Source: Bacteroidales bacterium UBA4788 (GTDB lineage: Bacteria; Bacteroidota; Bacteroidia; Bacteroidales; VadinHA17). Taken from it: 64,000 nucleotides of DNA. The stretch spans positions 471-64,470 of the forward strand of contig DHGW01000014.1 in the NCBI GenBank assembly GCA_002402965.1. Reading direction: 5' to 3'. This document shows positions 29,091 to 37,577 of this stretch, piece after piece. Both the position numbers and the translations under genes were made by a program. Within the stretch, counting starts at the first letter, position 1; each line of letters starts with the position of its first letter. Below the pieces are notes generated by a model that had not been told where the DNA came from, ran no database searches, and was given only the letters and a program-made list of their open reading frames with translations.

Positions 29091-29891
29091 ATGAAAGATA
29101 TCTTCACAGGAAAAGTGGTCTGGATCACCGGAGCATCTTCCGGCATTGGGGAAGCACTGGTAAAGGCCTTTGTGCGTGGCGGGAGCCGGGTGATTGCCTC
29201 ATCCAATGACAGTGCGGGGCTGGCGAGGGTGGCAGGCGAGTGTTCAGGGTTGCAGGGAAGTGTCATCGCTGTCCTGTTTGATCTCAGTGACACATCGGGC
29301 ATAGATGTGCTGGCCGCGGATGTGGTGCACAGAGAGGGCCGGATTGACATGCTGCTCAACATTGGAGGCATAAGCCAGAGGGCGATGCTGAAGGAGACAC
29401 CGCTATGGCTCGACCGGAAAATTATGGAGATAAACTACTTCGGTACCATTGCCCTTACCAAGGCAGTCTTGCCTCACATGATCTCAGCCGGAGGAGGCCA
29501 TATAGCAGCCACCAGCTCCATCTCAGGGCGGTTCGGGTTCCCGTACCGCTCTGCCTATTCAGCTTCCAAGCAGGCACTGCACGGGTTCTTCGAAACCCTC
29601 CTTCTTGAGCACCGGAATGACAACATCAGAGTATCAGTCATTATCCCCGGACGGGTGCAGACCGCCATCTCGCTTCATGCGCTGACAGCCGCAGGAAAAG
29701 AGCACGGCCGGATGGATGAGGGGCAGAAAGGCGGAGTGACAACGGAGAGGGCTGCAGAACAGATCATCAGGGGACTTTCAAGAAACAGGCGGGAGATACT
29801 CGTCGGCAGCACGGAACTGCTGATGCTGTGGATACGTAAATATTTGCCTCCGCTCTTCTTCAGGATAGCGGGGAAAATCAAACCAATGTAG
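29091..29891 (+). CDS. SDR-family oxidoreductase
   Basis: TGASSGIG cofactor motif and YSASK catalytic motif. Confidence 0.9.
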   Translation: MKDIFTGKVVWITGASSGIGEALVKAFVRGGSRVIASSNDSAGLARVAGECSGLQGSVIAVLFDLSDTSGIDVLAADVVHREGRIDMLLNIGGISQRAMLKETPLWLDRKIMEINYFGTIALTKAVLPHMISAGGGHIAATSSISGRFGFPYRSAYSASKQALHGFFETLLLEHRNDNIRVSVIIPGRVQTAISLHALTAAGKEHGRMDEGQKGGVTTERAAEQIIRGLSRNRREILVGSTELLMLWIRKYLPPLFFRIAGKIKPM

Positions 29892-29895
29892 AAGG

Positions 29896-30993
29896 ATGAT
29901 GAAGATCAAGGGATACATTATCAGCGGGATACAACAGATGGGAGTAGGAGTCCATGACCTCACCGAGGCATGGGAGTGGTATATCAGGGCGTTCGGGATG
30001 GACTGCCGCATCTTTGAGGATGAGGCAGAGGCCAGGCTGATGCTGCCCTACACCGGCGGCGAGCCGCGAAGCAGGCACGCCGTGCTGGCGATGAACATGC
30101 AGAGCGGCGGCGGCTTCGAGGTGTGGCAGCATAAGGGCAAAGAACCGGAATACCCCGCCCGGGAGACAAAACTGGGCGACCTCGGCATCTTCTCATGCAA
30201 GATGAAGGTCAGGGACGTGGAGGCAGCATGGAAATACTGGACGGAAAACGGGGTGGAGGTGCTGGGCAAACCGATGGCGGATCCCTCCGGCAAAAAAAGC
30301 TTTTTTGTCAAGGACCCCTTCGGCAACCTGTTCCATATCGTGGGAGCCACCGACTGGTTCATGAACCTGAAGAAGATCTCCGGAGGATCATACGGTGCAG
30401 TTATAGGCGTATCAGACATCGACAGGGTACTGGGACTATATTCGGATATCCTCGGTTATGACAGAGTAATTTTTGACATAACCGGCACCTTCGATGACCT
30501 GGCAGCCGTGCCGGGAGGCAACGGCCGGTTCAGGCGCATGCTCCTGGCACCGACAAAACCCTTCCATGGCGGATTCAATCCTATCTTCGGGCAGAGCGTA
30601 ATTGAGCTCGTCCAGGCGCTTGACAGACCTGTCACCAGGATTTTCGAGGGACGGCTCTGGGGAGACCCGGGATTCATACACATATGTTACGATATAAGGG
30701 GAATGGATAACCTCAGGAAGTACTGCAGCGAAGCCGGGTTCCCCTTTACCGTCGACAGCATGGCGAGTCACGAGGGAGAAAGCTTTGACATGGGTGAAGC
30801 TGCAGGATATTTCGCCTATATTGAAGATCCTGACGGAACGCTGATCGAGTTCGTCGAGACGCACAAAGTGCCAATCATGAAGAAGTTCGGGTGGTATCTT
30901 GACATGCGCCGCCGCAATCCGCACAAACCGCTGCCGACGTGGATGATAAAGTCATTGAGATTTTCAAGGGTTAAATCTGGCAATAGGCAGTAG
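29896..30993 (+). CDS. VOC (glyoxalase/bleomycin-resistance/dioxygenase) family protein, multi-module
   Basis: Repeated beta-alpha-beta-beta-beta-module pattern (GVHDL..., FVKDPFGNLFHIV, IEDPDGTLIEFVE). Confidence 0.65.
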   Translation: MMKIKGYIISGIQQMGVGVHDLTEAWEWYIRAFGMDCRIFEDEAEARLMLPYTGGEPRSRHAVLAMNMQSGGGFEVWQHKGKEPEYPARETKLGDLGIFSCKMKVRDVEAAWKYWTENGVEVLGKPMADPSGKKSFFVKDPFGNLFHIVGATDWFMNLKKISGGSYGAVIGVSDIDRVLGLYSDILGYDRVIFDITGTFDDLAAVPGGNGRFRRMLLAPTKPFHGGFNPIFGQSVIELVQALDRPVTRIFEGRLWGDPGFIHICYDIRGMDNLRKYCSEAGFPFTVDSMASHEGESFDMGEAAGYFAYIEDPDGTLIEFVETHKVPIMKKFGWYLDMRRRNPHKPLPTWMIKSLRFSRVKSGNRQ

Positions 30994-31182
30994 GCAATTG
31001 GCAATAGTGTTGACAATTCCAGTCATTTGGCAGTCAGCTGTCTCTGTGTGTTTCTTAGCCCGTAGGGCTTAAAGCATTGTAGAGCAAGGATATTCATAAA
31101 AACTTGGCCGTAGATCATTATGAATTGTAATTGCCTGCTTCAGTAAAACCCGTTACTGCCTATTGCCTGATGGCTAATGCCT
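30978..31182. repeat. mirrored heptamer arrays (nGGCAAT/nGGCAGT x4 direct at 30978..31005; x4 inverted at 31155..31182) including a 14-nt perfect inverted repeat
   Basis: GGCAATAGGCAGTA at 30979..30992 is the reverse complement of TACTGCCTATTGCC at 31154..31167. Extra units lie at 31028..31034 and 31130..31136. Confidence 0.85.
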
Positions 31183-32371
31183 GGTTCTCCCGCATCACCC
31201 TCATGAAATTCCCGCCCCAGATCTTGGCGATATCCTCGCGGCTATAACCGCGACGAATCAGCTCCTTAGTGATGTTCTTCATCATTGACACATCGGAGCA
31301 ATCTTCAAGGCCGCCGCCGCCGTCGAAATCCGAACCTATCCCCACGTAATCAATGCCGATTACGTCAACAACATGCTGGATGTGGTTTACCGCATCTTCA
31401 ACAGTGGCCAGCCTGACATACTGCTTCCTCAGCTCCGAGAACTCCGCCCAGCGCTGCTCCTGCTGATCATCAGTAAGCTCCGGACCCATGGCCCTCCACT
31501 TCTCACGAAGCTCCTTCGCCTTCTCATCAAACACAGGATTGGGCTCTGGCTGCCGCAGATAGTCGCTAAGTATACATATCTGTATAACCCCTCCGTTCTT
31601 CTTGAGAGCCTGCAGCATGTCATCATTGAGGTTGCGTGGGCTTTCGCATAGTGCCCGGCACGATGAATGGGAAGCAATCACCGGGGCTTTTGAGATATTG
31701 ATTACGTCATAGAATGATTCGTCGGAGATGTGTGACACATCCACCAGCATCCCAATGCGGTTCATCTCCCTGACTGCCTCCTCACCAAAGGCGGAGAGGC
31801 CGTTGTGTTCAGGGCCGGATTTGTCGGTTGAGGAATCGCAGATGTCATTGTTGGATGAATGGCAAAGGGTGATATACCTGGCTCCCAGGTCGTAATACTG
31901 CTTAATCCTGGTGAGGTCGGTGCCTACAGGGTAACCGTTTTCTATTCCGATAAATATTGCAAGCTTGCCTTCAGCCTTGTGTCTCAATGCATCATCAGGT
32001 GTGAGGGCTATTGCTGCCTGTCCGGAATTGCGAGCCAGGCTCGCATATATCGAGTCGAAGGTGGCGAGGGTGTTCAAGTGCGCTTTCTCATAGGTCCCGG
32101 GCGTGCGCGGACCCTGCCCGAGGAAGATTGCAAAGAACTCGGCATCGAGTCTCCCCTCCTTCATCCTGGGGAAATCAACACATCCATTGTCATTCCGGAC
32201 GCCGGGATCAAATCCGCCGCGCCTGAAGAAGCGCATGGGGGTATCACAGTGAGTATCGATTGAAAGGAAGTCGTCATGCATCCTTTCAGCCTTGCGGCTG
32301 ATTTTCTCCTCGCTGGACGTACATGATACTCCAAGGAGGCAGAAAAGCAACAGAAAATATTTCGTTCGCAT
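31160..32371 (-). CDS. membrane dipeptidase (peptidase M19) lipoprotein
   Basis: SIDTHCDTP, VDVSH and GIGSDFDG motifs. Start trimmed to MRTKYFLLLFCLLGVSC (ATG 32371). Confidence 0.85.
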   Translation of the reverse strand: MRTKYFLLLFCLLGVSCTSSEEKISRKAERMHDDFLSIDTHCDTPMRFFRRGGFDPGVRNDNGCVDFPRMKEGRLDAEFFAIFLGQGPRTPGTYEKAHLNTLATFDSIYASLARNSGQAAIALTPDDALRHKAEGKLAIFIGIENGYPVGTDLTRIKQYYDLGARYITLCHSSNNDICDSSTDKSGPEHNGLSAFGEEAVREMNRIGMLVDVSHISDESFYDVINISKAPVIASHSSCRALCESPRNLNDDMLQALKKNGGVIQICILSDYLRQPEPNPVFDEKAKELREKWRAMGPELTDDQQEQRWAEFSELRKQYVRLATVEDAVNHIQHVVDVIGIDYVGIGSDFDGGGGLEDCSDVSMMKNITKELIRRGYSREDIAKIWGGNFMRVMRENQALAIRQ

Positions 32372-32569
32372 CAATGTCTGTTTGGTTGTCTCCGCTAATA
32401 TATGAATATCAAACACTGATTATAACGCACAGCACCCTGCCAAAGAATTAAAAAAGGTTAAATGTATCGGAATGAATCAGCGGAGCTGCCATGAATTGCC
32501 TTCCTCCGGCGCAGGGTGCGGGGCGCAGGGGTGGCAATTGATTGCGCCCTCAAACCGGATACCGGCTGA

Positions 32570-32599
32570 CAAAAAAAGCCCCGACTAAGTGTCGGGGCA
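32570..32599 (-). terminator. strong intrinsic terminator with no ORF upstream
   Basis: Minus strand reads GCCCCGAC-ACUUA-GUCGGGGC followed by UUUUUUU (plus-strand A7 at 32571..32577). Confidence 0.75.
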
Positions 32600-32695
32600 G
32601 CCATGAAAAGAATGGAAAAATTGCTTTTGGACAGTAAAAAGCGTCTTTAAAGTCTCATGACTTTGTATTATTCTGAATCCGTCAGGTTATCTACT
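32570..32695 (-). ncRNA. candidate ~125-nt small RNA, or terminator-containing leader of the dipeptidase gene
   Basis: A minus-strand -7 box TATATTTG (plus 32701..32708) lies ~100 nt upstream of the terminator. There is no ORF longer than 20 codons between them. Confidence 0.3.
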
Positions 32696-32790
32696 TAACG
32701 CAAATATAATAAAAATGAATCTAAATTGTCAATCTTTTTTACATAAAACAATATCAAACCGGTCAAACCCTCCGGGTCATGCAACTATGT

Positions 32791-32798
32791 TAACTTTG
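32791..32798 (+). promoter_or_regulatory. -7 box TAACTTTG for the ECF sigma operon
   Basis: Exact TAnnTTTG match 31 nt upstream of the TTG start at 32829. Confidence 0.4.
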
Positions 32799-32828
32799 GT
32801 GCGTCATTAATCCAGAACAACCTGACAC

Positions 32829-33383
32829 TTGGCAAAACCGGAATTGCACATACATGATCAGCTCATTGAAGAGTGCCGCAGGGGGAGCCGGAAAGCACAG
32901 TTCAGGCTGTATGAACTCTATTCAAAGGCTATGTTGAACACCGCATACCGGATCATGGGTAGCAGGGAGGAGGCTGAGGATATGCTACAGGAGGCATTCA
33001 CCGACTGTTTCAGAAAGATAGGGTCATACCGCTCTGACTCCACCTTCGGCGCCTGGCTGAAAACGATTGTAATCAACCGTTGCATCACCAGGCTGCGCAA
33101 GCGAGAGGCCGAGCTGGTATATGTTGACGATATCAGCCGGCATGAGATGCGGCAGGAGGAGCCGCAGGAGACGGTATGGCCTGACCCGCAGGTGATTGCC
33201 AGGGCGGTGGAGAGGCTGCCCGAAGGATACAGGGTGGTCTTCAGCCTTTACCTGCTTGAGGGTTACGATCATACGGAGATTTCCCAGATACTGGGTATCT
33301 CGGAGTCGACCTCCAAGACACAGTATGCAAGGGCAAAGGAAAAACTGAGAAAAATATTATCTGAAATGCACAGTCATGGATGA
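32829..33383 (+). CDS. ECF-type RNA polymerase sigma-70 factor
   Basis: Region 2 (EDMLQEAF...FGAWLKTIVINRC) and region 4 (GYDHTEISQILGISESTSKTQYARAK). The only in-frame starts are TTG codons. Confidence 0.85.
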   Translation: MAKPELHIHDQLIEECRRGSRKAQFRLYELYSKAMLNTAYRIMGSREEAEDMLQEAFTDCFRKIGSYRSDSTFGAWLKTIVINRCITRLRKREAELVYVDDISRHEMRQEEPQETVWPDPQVIARAVERLPEGYRVVFSLYLLEGYDHTEISQILGISESTSKTQYARAKEKLRKILSEMHSHG

Positions 33384-33900
33384 ACTTGAGAAGCACATAA
33401 GCAGCGTCAGGGATGAACTCGACATCCACGAACCCGGTCCAGGGCTCTGGGGCAGGATCGAACAGGGTCTTCCCGGCAGGGAGAGGCGCCTGCCCGGTCA
33501 CCTCTGGCGCGCAGCCGCCGTCATAATCGTTGCAGGCGCAGCGCTGGCGGTCATTGCGGGCATGCTCCGCACCTCGGAGCGGCTCAATGACCCGCAGGTG
33601 ACGCAGGTGCGTGAAACATACAGGTACTATGACGACAAAATCCAGTCTCTCTACGAGGAGGCACAGCCTCTTCTTACAACCAACCCCGAGATCAGCAGTG
33701 AGCTGACGACAGGGATGAATGAGCTTGACAGCCTCTCGGCACAGATCATCAGCGACCTGAATGACAACATCGCAAGCAGCGAAGTCATCGAAGCCCTTAT
33801 TGGCAACTACAGGCTCCGCATCGAGTTGCTTGAAGATATGCTCCGCCTCATGAGAGAGCATGACAATGAAACAGAACAAAGCACCGGCAATGAACTATAA
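33376..33900 (+). CDS. putative anti-sigma factor (single-pass membrane protein)
   Basis: 8-nt overlap with the sigma gene. It has one TM helix (AAAVIIVAGAALAVIAGML) and a helical extracytoplasmic part. Confidence 0.5.
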   Translation: MDELEKHISSVRDELDIHEPGPGLWGRIEQGLPGRERRLPGHLWRAAAVIIVAGAALAVIAGMLRTSERLNDPQVTQVRETYRYYDDKIQSLYEEAQPLLTTNPEISSELTTGMNELDSLSAQIISDLNDNIASSEVIEALIGNYRLRIELLEDMLRLMREHDNETEQSTGNEL

Positions 33901-34981
33901 AAAACTGTATCTGCTGGCTGTCATCCTGCCTGCCGGCCTGGCCCTCTGCGGTCAGCAGGTCTCTGACAGCAAGACCCTGATAAAATCGTTCCGGACAGGC
34001 CACGAAGCAGTCCTGGATGTGACAAACAAGTACGGCGATGTTCACATCACACAATCGCAAACAGATTCAGTGACCGTAAGGGTGGAGATCTCTGCCTCAT
34101 CAAACAGCGGCGATAAGATCGACGCCATGATGTCTGATGTGGATGTGAGCATCTCGATGACCGGCGAGACAGTCAGGGCAGAGACCTCCTTCAGGAAGGG
34201 GATCACTCCTCTCTTCGAGAGCCTCAAAGGGCTTACGAAAAACCTGATCAACTTCGATTCGAGGATGAAGATCGATTATTTCGTCGAGTGCCCTCCGAAA
34301 ACGGTTCTGAGGATTACCAACAGCTACGGTGATGTCTATATAGGTGACGAGGCGCCGGTGCTTGCTCTCAAACTGTCAAACGGTAATCTTGACGCTGCAG
34401 CTGTGGGCAACGCCGAGATGATGGAACTCACCTTCTGCAAGGCCAATGTCAGGAGCATCAGGGAAGGCAAGGTGACACTCTCCTTCAGCGAGCTGCGAAC
34501 CCGGGAGACAGGAAATATCAAGCTGGCCGCAGTCTCATCGAAAGCATGGATCGACCTCTGCGGAACAGCTGACCTCGACTCGAAGCGCGATGACCTGCAT
34601 TTCGGGACTGTAGAAGTGCTGACGGGAACAAGCTACTTCAGCGACATCATAACCGACCGCCTTACCGGCGAGATCAACATGTCAGTCAAATACGGGAATC
34701 TGTCGTTCGAGAACATCGAACGCAGCTTCAGGCTGATTGACATTAAGTCATCCTATGCCGATCTGGACCTGGTGCTGGAAGAAAATTCGGATTACGACCT
34801 TGAGATAAGGCATGCCAATACCTTTGTCTCTTTGCCGGGGATCACGCCCGAACCAGAGCGTACAGAGATCAGCGCCCAGGATAAGCTTTATGTTACTAAG
34901 GTTTCCGTCGGAAGCGGATCGAACCGCTCACCAGTTAAGATTGATGCCACCAGGGGAGAAATTCGCCTCCTTCAGAAGTAA
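33890..34981 (+). CDS. DUF4097-like beta-strand-repeat (putative adhesin/toastrack-type) secreted protein
   Basis: Signal peptide MNYKKLYLLAVILPAGLALCGQ. Repeated motifs YGDVHI, YGDVYI and YGNLSF are spaced along the protein. Confidence 0.55.
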   Translation: MNYKKLYLLAVILPAGLALCGQQVSDSKTLIKSFRTGHEAVLDVTNKYGDVHITQSQTDSVTVRVEISASSNSGDKIDAMMSDVDVSISMTGETVRAETSFRKGITPLFESLKGLTKNLINFDSRMKIDYFVECPPKTVLRITNSYGDVYIGDEAPVLALKLSNGNLDAAAVGNAEMMELTFCKANVRSIREGKVTLSFSELRTRETGNIKLAAVSSKAWIDLCGTADLDSKRDDLHFGTVEVLTGTSYFSDIITDRLTGEINMSVKYGNLSFENIERSFRLIDIKSSYADLDLVLEENSDYDLEIRHANTFVSLPGITPEPERTEISAQDKLYVTKVSVGSGSNRSPVKIDATRGEIRLLQK

Positions 34982-35017
34982 TTTTTTGACCGGGGATGCA
35001 ACTGATGCATATTTTGC

Positions 35018-35830
35018 GTGTCCTTAAAGAGGAACAGTAAATGGAAAAGAAAGGTGAAAAAAGTAATTCCCGCCATTATTTTGGCCATGACCACCCTTGC
35101 CGCCTGCTCCCTGTTCGTTGACTGCATTGACGGAAACGGCGATGTTGAAACGGAAGTGAGGGATGCGGTACCTTTCACGGCTATTGCCAATGAGGCCTCA
35201 TTTCACGTGACATTTATACAAGGTCCTGAATACACAATTACCGTTGAGGCAGAGAGTAATATCCTGCCCTACATTGAAACGAAGATCAGGGGCGGAGCGC
35301 TTGAGATAGGCACCATCAGAGGCACGCACTGCCTGAATTACACCAGGCATCCCATAATCACCGTAACTGCTCCCGTCATAAGCGAGATCGTCAACTCAGG
35401 TTCAGGCGACTTCCTCGCCGGGCCCCTCTCCGGCACCAGTGTCATGATAGTCAGCAGCGGTTCAGGTGACATCACCGCCGGAACGTTGACCGGCAGTGAA
35501 GTCTCAATAGTTATGTCCGGTTCAGGTAACGTAATGACCGACGATGTTGCCGCCACCACAATGAAAGCCACCCTTTCGGGGTCTGGTGACCTTACGATGA
35601 CCGGTGAGGCCGTCAGCTGCAGATATGTAGTCTCCGGATCAGGGTCAGTTTTCTCGAGGTATTTCGCCACTGATGCCGCCACTGTGACCATTTCAGGATC
35701 AGGATCGGTCTACACCATCATTCATGACCATCTTGACGCGGTCCTCAGCGGCAGCGGCAACATCTACCTCCAGGGCGATCCCGCAATTAGCCTGACACGC
35801 ACAGGCTCGGGACAGATCATACACCTTTAA
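35018..35830 (+). CDS. DUF2807/head-GIN-domain beta-helix lipoprotein
   Basis: Eight ~22-aa rungs, each carrying SGSG(D/N/S). Lipobox LAAC. The start is either GTG 35018 or GTG 35054. Confidence 0.6.
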   Translation: MSLKRNSKWKRKVKKVIPAIILAMTTLAACSLFVDCIDGNGDVETEVRDAVPFTAIANEASFHVTFIQGPEYTITVEAESNILPYIETKIRGGALEIGTIRGTHCLNYTRHPIITVTAPVISEIVNSGSGDFLAGPLSGTSVMIVSSGSGDITAGTLTGSEVSIVMSGSGNVMTDDVAATTMKATLSGSGDLTMTGEAVSCRYVVSGSGSVFSRYFATDAATVTISGSGSVYTIIHDHLDAVLSGSGNIYLQGDPAISLTRTGSGQIIHL

Positions 35831-35848
35831 ACAACAGGCAGACAAAAA

Positions 35849-35883
35849 ACAGCAGAGACAGGTCTATGGCCTGTCTCTGCTGT
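35849..35883. terminator. bidirectional rho-independent terminator between convergent genes
   Basis: Perfect 14-bp stem ACAGCAGAGACAGG/CCTGTCTCTGCTGT with a 7-nt loop, an A-run upstream and a T-run downstream. Confidence 0.85.
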
Positions 35884-35914
35884 TTCTATCATATCCCTGC
35901 AACCGTTACCGGTG

Positions 35915-37516
35915 TCAGTTAAGATCGATCTCGTTTCCCTGCCTGTCAAAGAATTCATACTGCAGGAAGTGAAATGACTCGATTCCCTGTACCTTTATGC
36001 TCACCCCGTGCTTCTTGTTGATCTTGCTGATCCTGGTGAGCAGTCCCTCCTTCAGGTAGGCTGCAACGAATGGATGGGTACGGAGGATGAACTTGCTGGT
36101 CTTCACCTTCTCGAGGATGGATGACAGCGTGCGTTCGATCTCATCGGTAAGCAGGATTGCCGGGGCTGTCTTTCCTTCACCCCTGCATACTGGACACTTT
36201 TCGTCAGTGATGATTGTCATCTCGGGACGCACCCTCTGGCGGGTGATCTGCATCAGTCCGAATTTACTGAGGGGCAATATATTGTGTTTGGCCCTGTCAG
36301 CACTCATCAGTTCCTTCATCCTGTCGAAGAGAGCCTGGCGGTTATCATTCGACTGCATGTCAATGAAGTCGATCACGATTATGCCGCCCATATCCCTGAG
36401 TCGCAACTGCCTGGCAATTTCCCTGGCAGCCTCGATGTTGACAGATAAGGCATTTGACTCCTGGTCAGAGCCTGTTTTTGACCTGTTGCCGCTGTTGACG
36501 TCTACGACGTGCAGTGCTTCAGTATGCTCAATGATAAGGTATGATCCGCCCCTGAATGAAATGGTGCGGCCGAAGAGTCCCTTGACCTGCCTGCTGACCC
36601 CGAAATGGTCAAAGACAGGGACCTGCTCCTTGAATACCTTAACTATCTTTTCCTTCTCAGGGGCAATTTCCCTGATGTAACTTTTTACTTCGCCGCCTAT
36701 CACCTCATCATCCACGATGATGCTGTTGAAGTCGGTACTGAGTATATCCCGGAGGATTGTTGTCGTGCGGTTCATCTCGCCCACCAGCAGGCGCGGCGAT
36801 TTGACATCGCGGTGCACAGCAGAAAGGGCTGTTTCCCATCGGTTGATAAGTTCCTTCAGTTCAGCATCAAGGGCTGCAACCTTTTTTCCCTCAGCCACGG
36901 TGCGTACAATCACTCCGTAGTTTTTGGGTTTAATGCTCTGTATCAGGAGCTTAAGACGATTTCGTTCGTCGGCGTTCTCTATCTTTGAGGAGACGGAGAC
37001 CTTATCACCGAATGGCATCAGGACGAGATTTCGCCCTGCGATGCTTACCTCGGATGCCAGCCTTGGTCCCTTTGTTGAGATCGGTTCCTTGGTTATCTGC
37101 ACGATAACTGTCTGTCCTGTTGTCAGTACATCAGCTATCTTCCCGTCCTTGTCAATGTCAGGTTCAGGTTTGAACTTTGACACCGTCGGCATCTTGGCCT
37201 TGTTCTGAGTGGCCATTTGATAATAACGATGGAGGGTCCTGAACTGGGCACCCAGGTCAAGATAGTGCAGGAAAGCATCCTTTTCGAAACCAACGTTGAT
37301 GAACGCTGCGTTAAGCCCCGGCATGATCTTCTTTACCTTTCCCAGGTAAATGTCACCGACTGAGAATTTTACATTCCGCTTTTCCTTGTTTAACTCGACA
37401 AGCTGCTTATCCTCCAGTAGTGCAATGGATATCTCAGCATCATTTACGCTGATAATTAAATCCTTATTCACATTCCGGAATTTATTGATTAGCCGATAGT
37501 CCTTTTCATAATGCAC
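35915..37516 (-). CDS. rng: ribonuclease E/G family (RNase G-like)
   Basis: S1 domain (GDIYLGKVKKIMPGLNAAFINVG) plus the catalytic core (VIDFIDM). The start is ambiguous: GTG 37516 lies inside a hairpin, and GTG 37471 (MNKDLIISVNDAEISIALLED) looks more typical. Confidence 0.85.
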   Translation of the reverse strand: MHYEKDYRLINKFRNVNKDLIISVNDAEISIALLEDKQLVELNKEKRNVKFSVGDIYLGKVKKIMPGLNAAFINVGFEKDAFLHYLDLGAQFRTLHRYYQMATQNKAKMPTVSKFKPEPDIDKDGKIADVLTTGQTVIVQITKEPISTKGPRLASEVSIAGRNLVLMPFGDKVSVSSKIENADERNRLKLLIQSIKPKNYGVIVRTVAEGKKVAALDAELKELINRWETALSAVHRDVKSPRLLVGEMNRTTTILRDILSTDFNSIIVDDEVIGGEVKSYIREIAPEKEKIVKVFKEQVPVFDHFGVSRQVKGLFGRTISFRGGSYLIIEHTEALHVVDVNSGNRSKTGSDQESNALSVNIEAAREIARQLRLRDMGGIIVIDFIDMQSNDNRQALFDRMKELMSADRAKHNILPLSKFGLMQITRQRVRPEMTIITDEKCPVCRGEGKTAPAILLTDEIERTLSSILEKVKTSKFILRTHPFVAAYLKEGLLTRISKINKKHGVSIKVQGIESFHFLQYEFFDRQGNEIDLN

Positions 37517-37551
37517 CTAACCTAAAGATCAGAGGATCTTTAGGTTAGGTG
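37514..37551 (-). promoter_or_regulatory. perfect 17-bp stem / 4-nt loop hairpin at the 5' end of rng
   Basis: CACCTAACCTAAAGATC-AGAG-GATCTTTAGGTTAGGTG. No U-tract follows it on the minus strand. Confidence 0.6.
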
Positions 37552-37577
37552 TAAGAGTTACAGACTATGCATTTATG

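Noticed and set aside
31008-31013. TTGACA sigma-70 -35-like hexamer in the heptamer-flanked spacer
   Set aside because: There is no matching -10 or -7 element at the proper spacing. Bacteroidota promoters use a different consensus.
33241-33879. 212-aa ORF antisense to the ECF sigma / anti-sigma genes
   Set aside because: A shadow of two tightly overlapped, motif-supported plus-strand genes. No independent signals.
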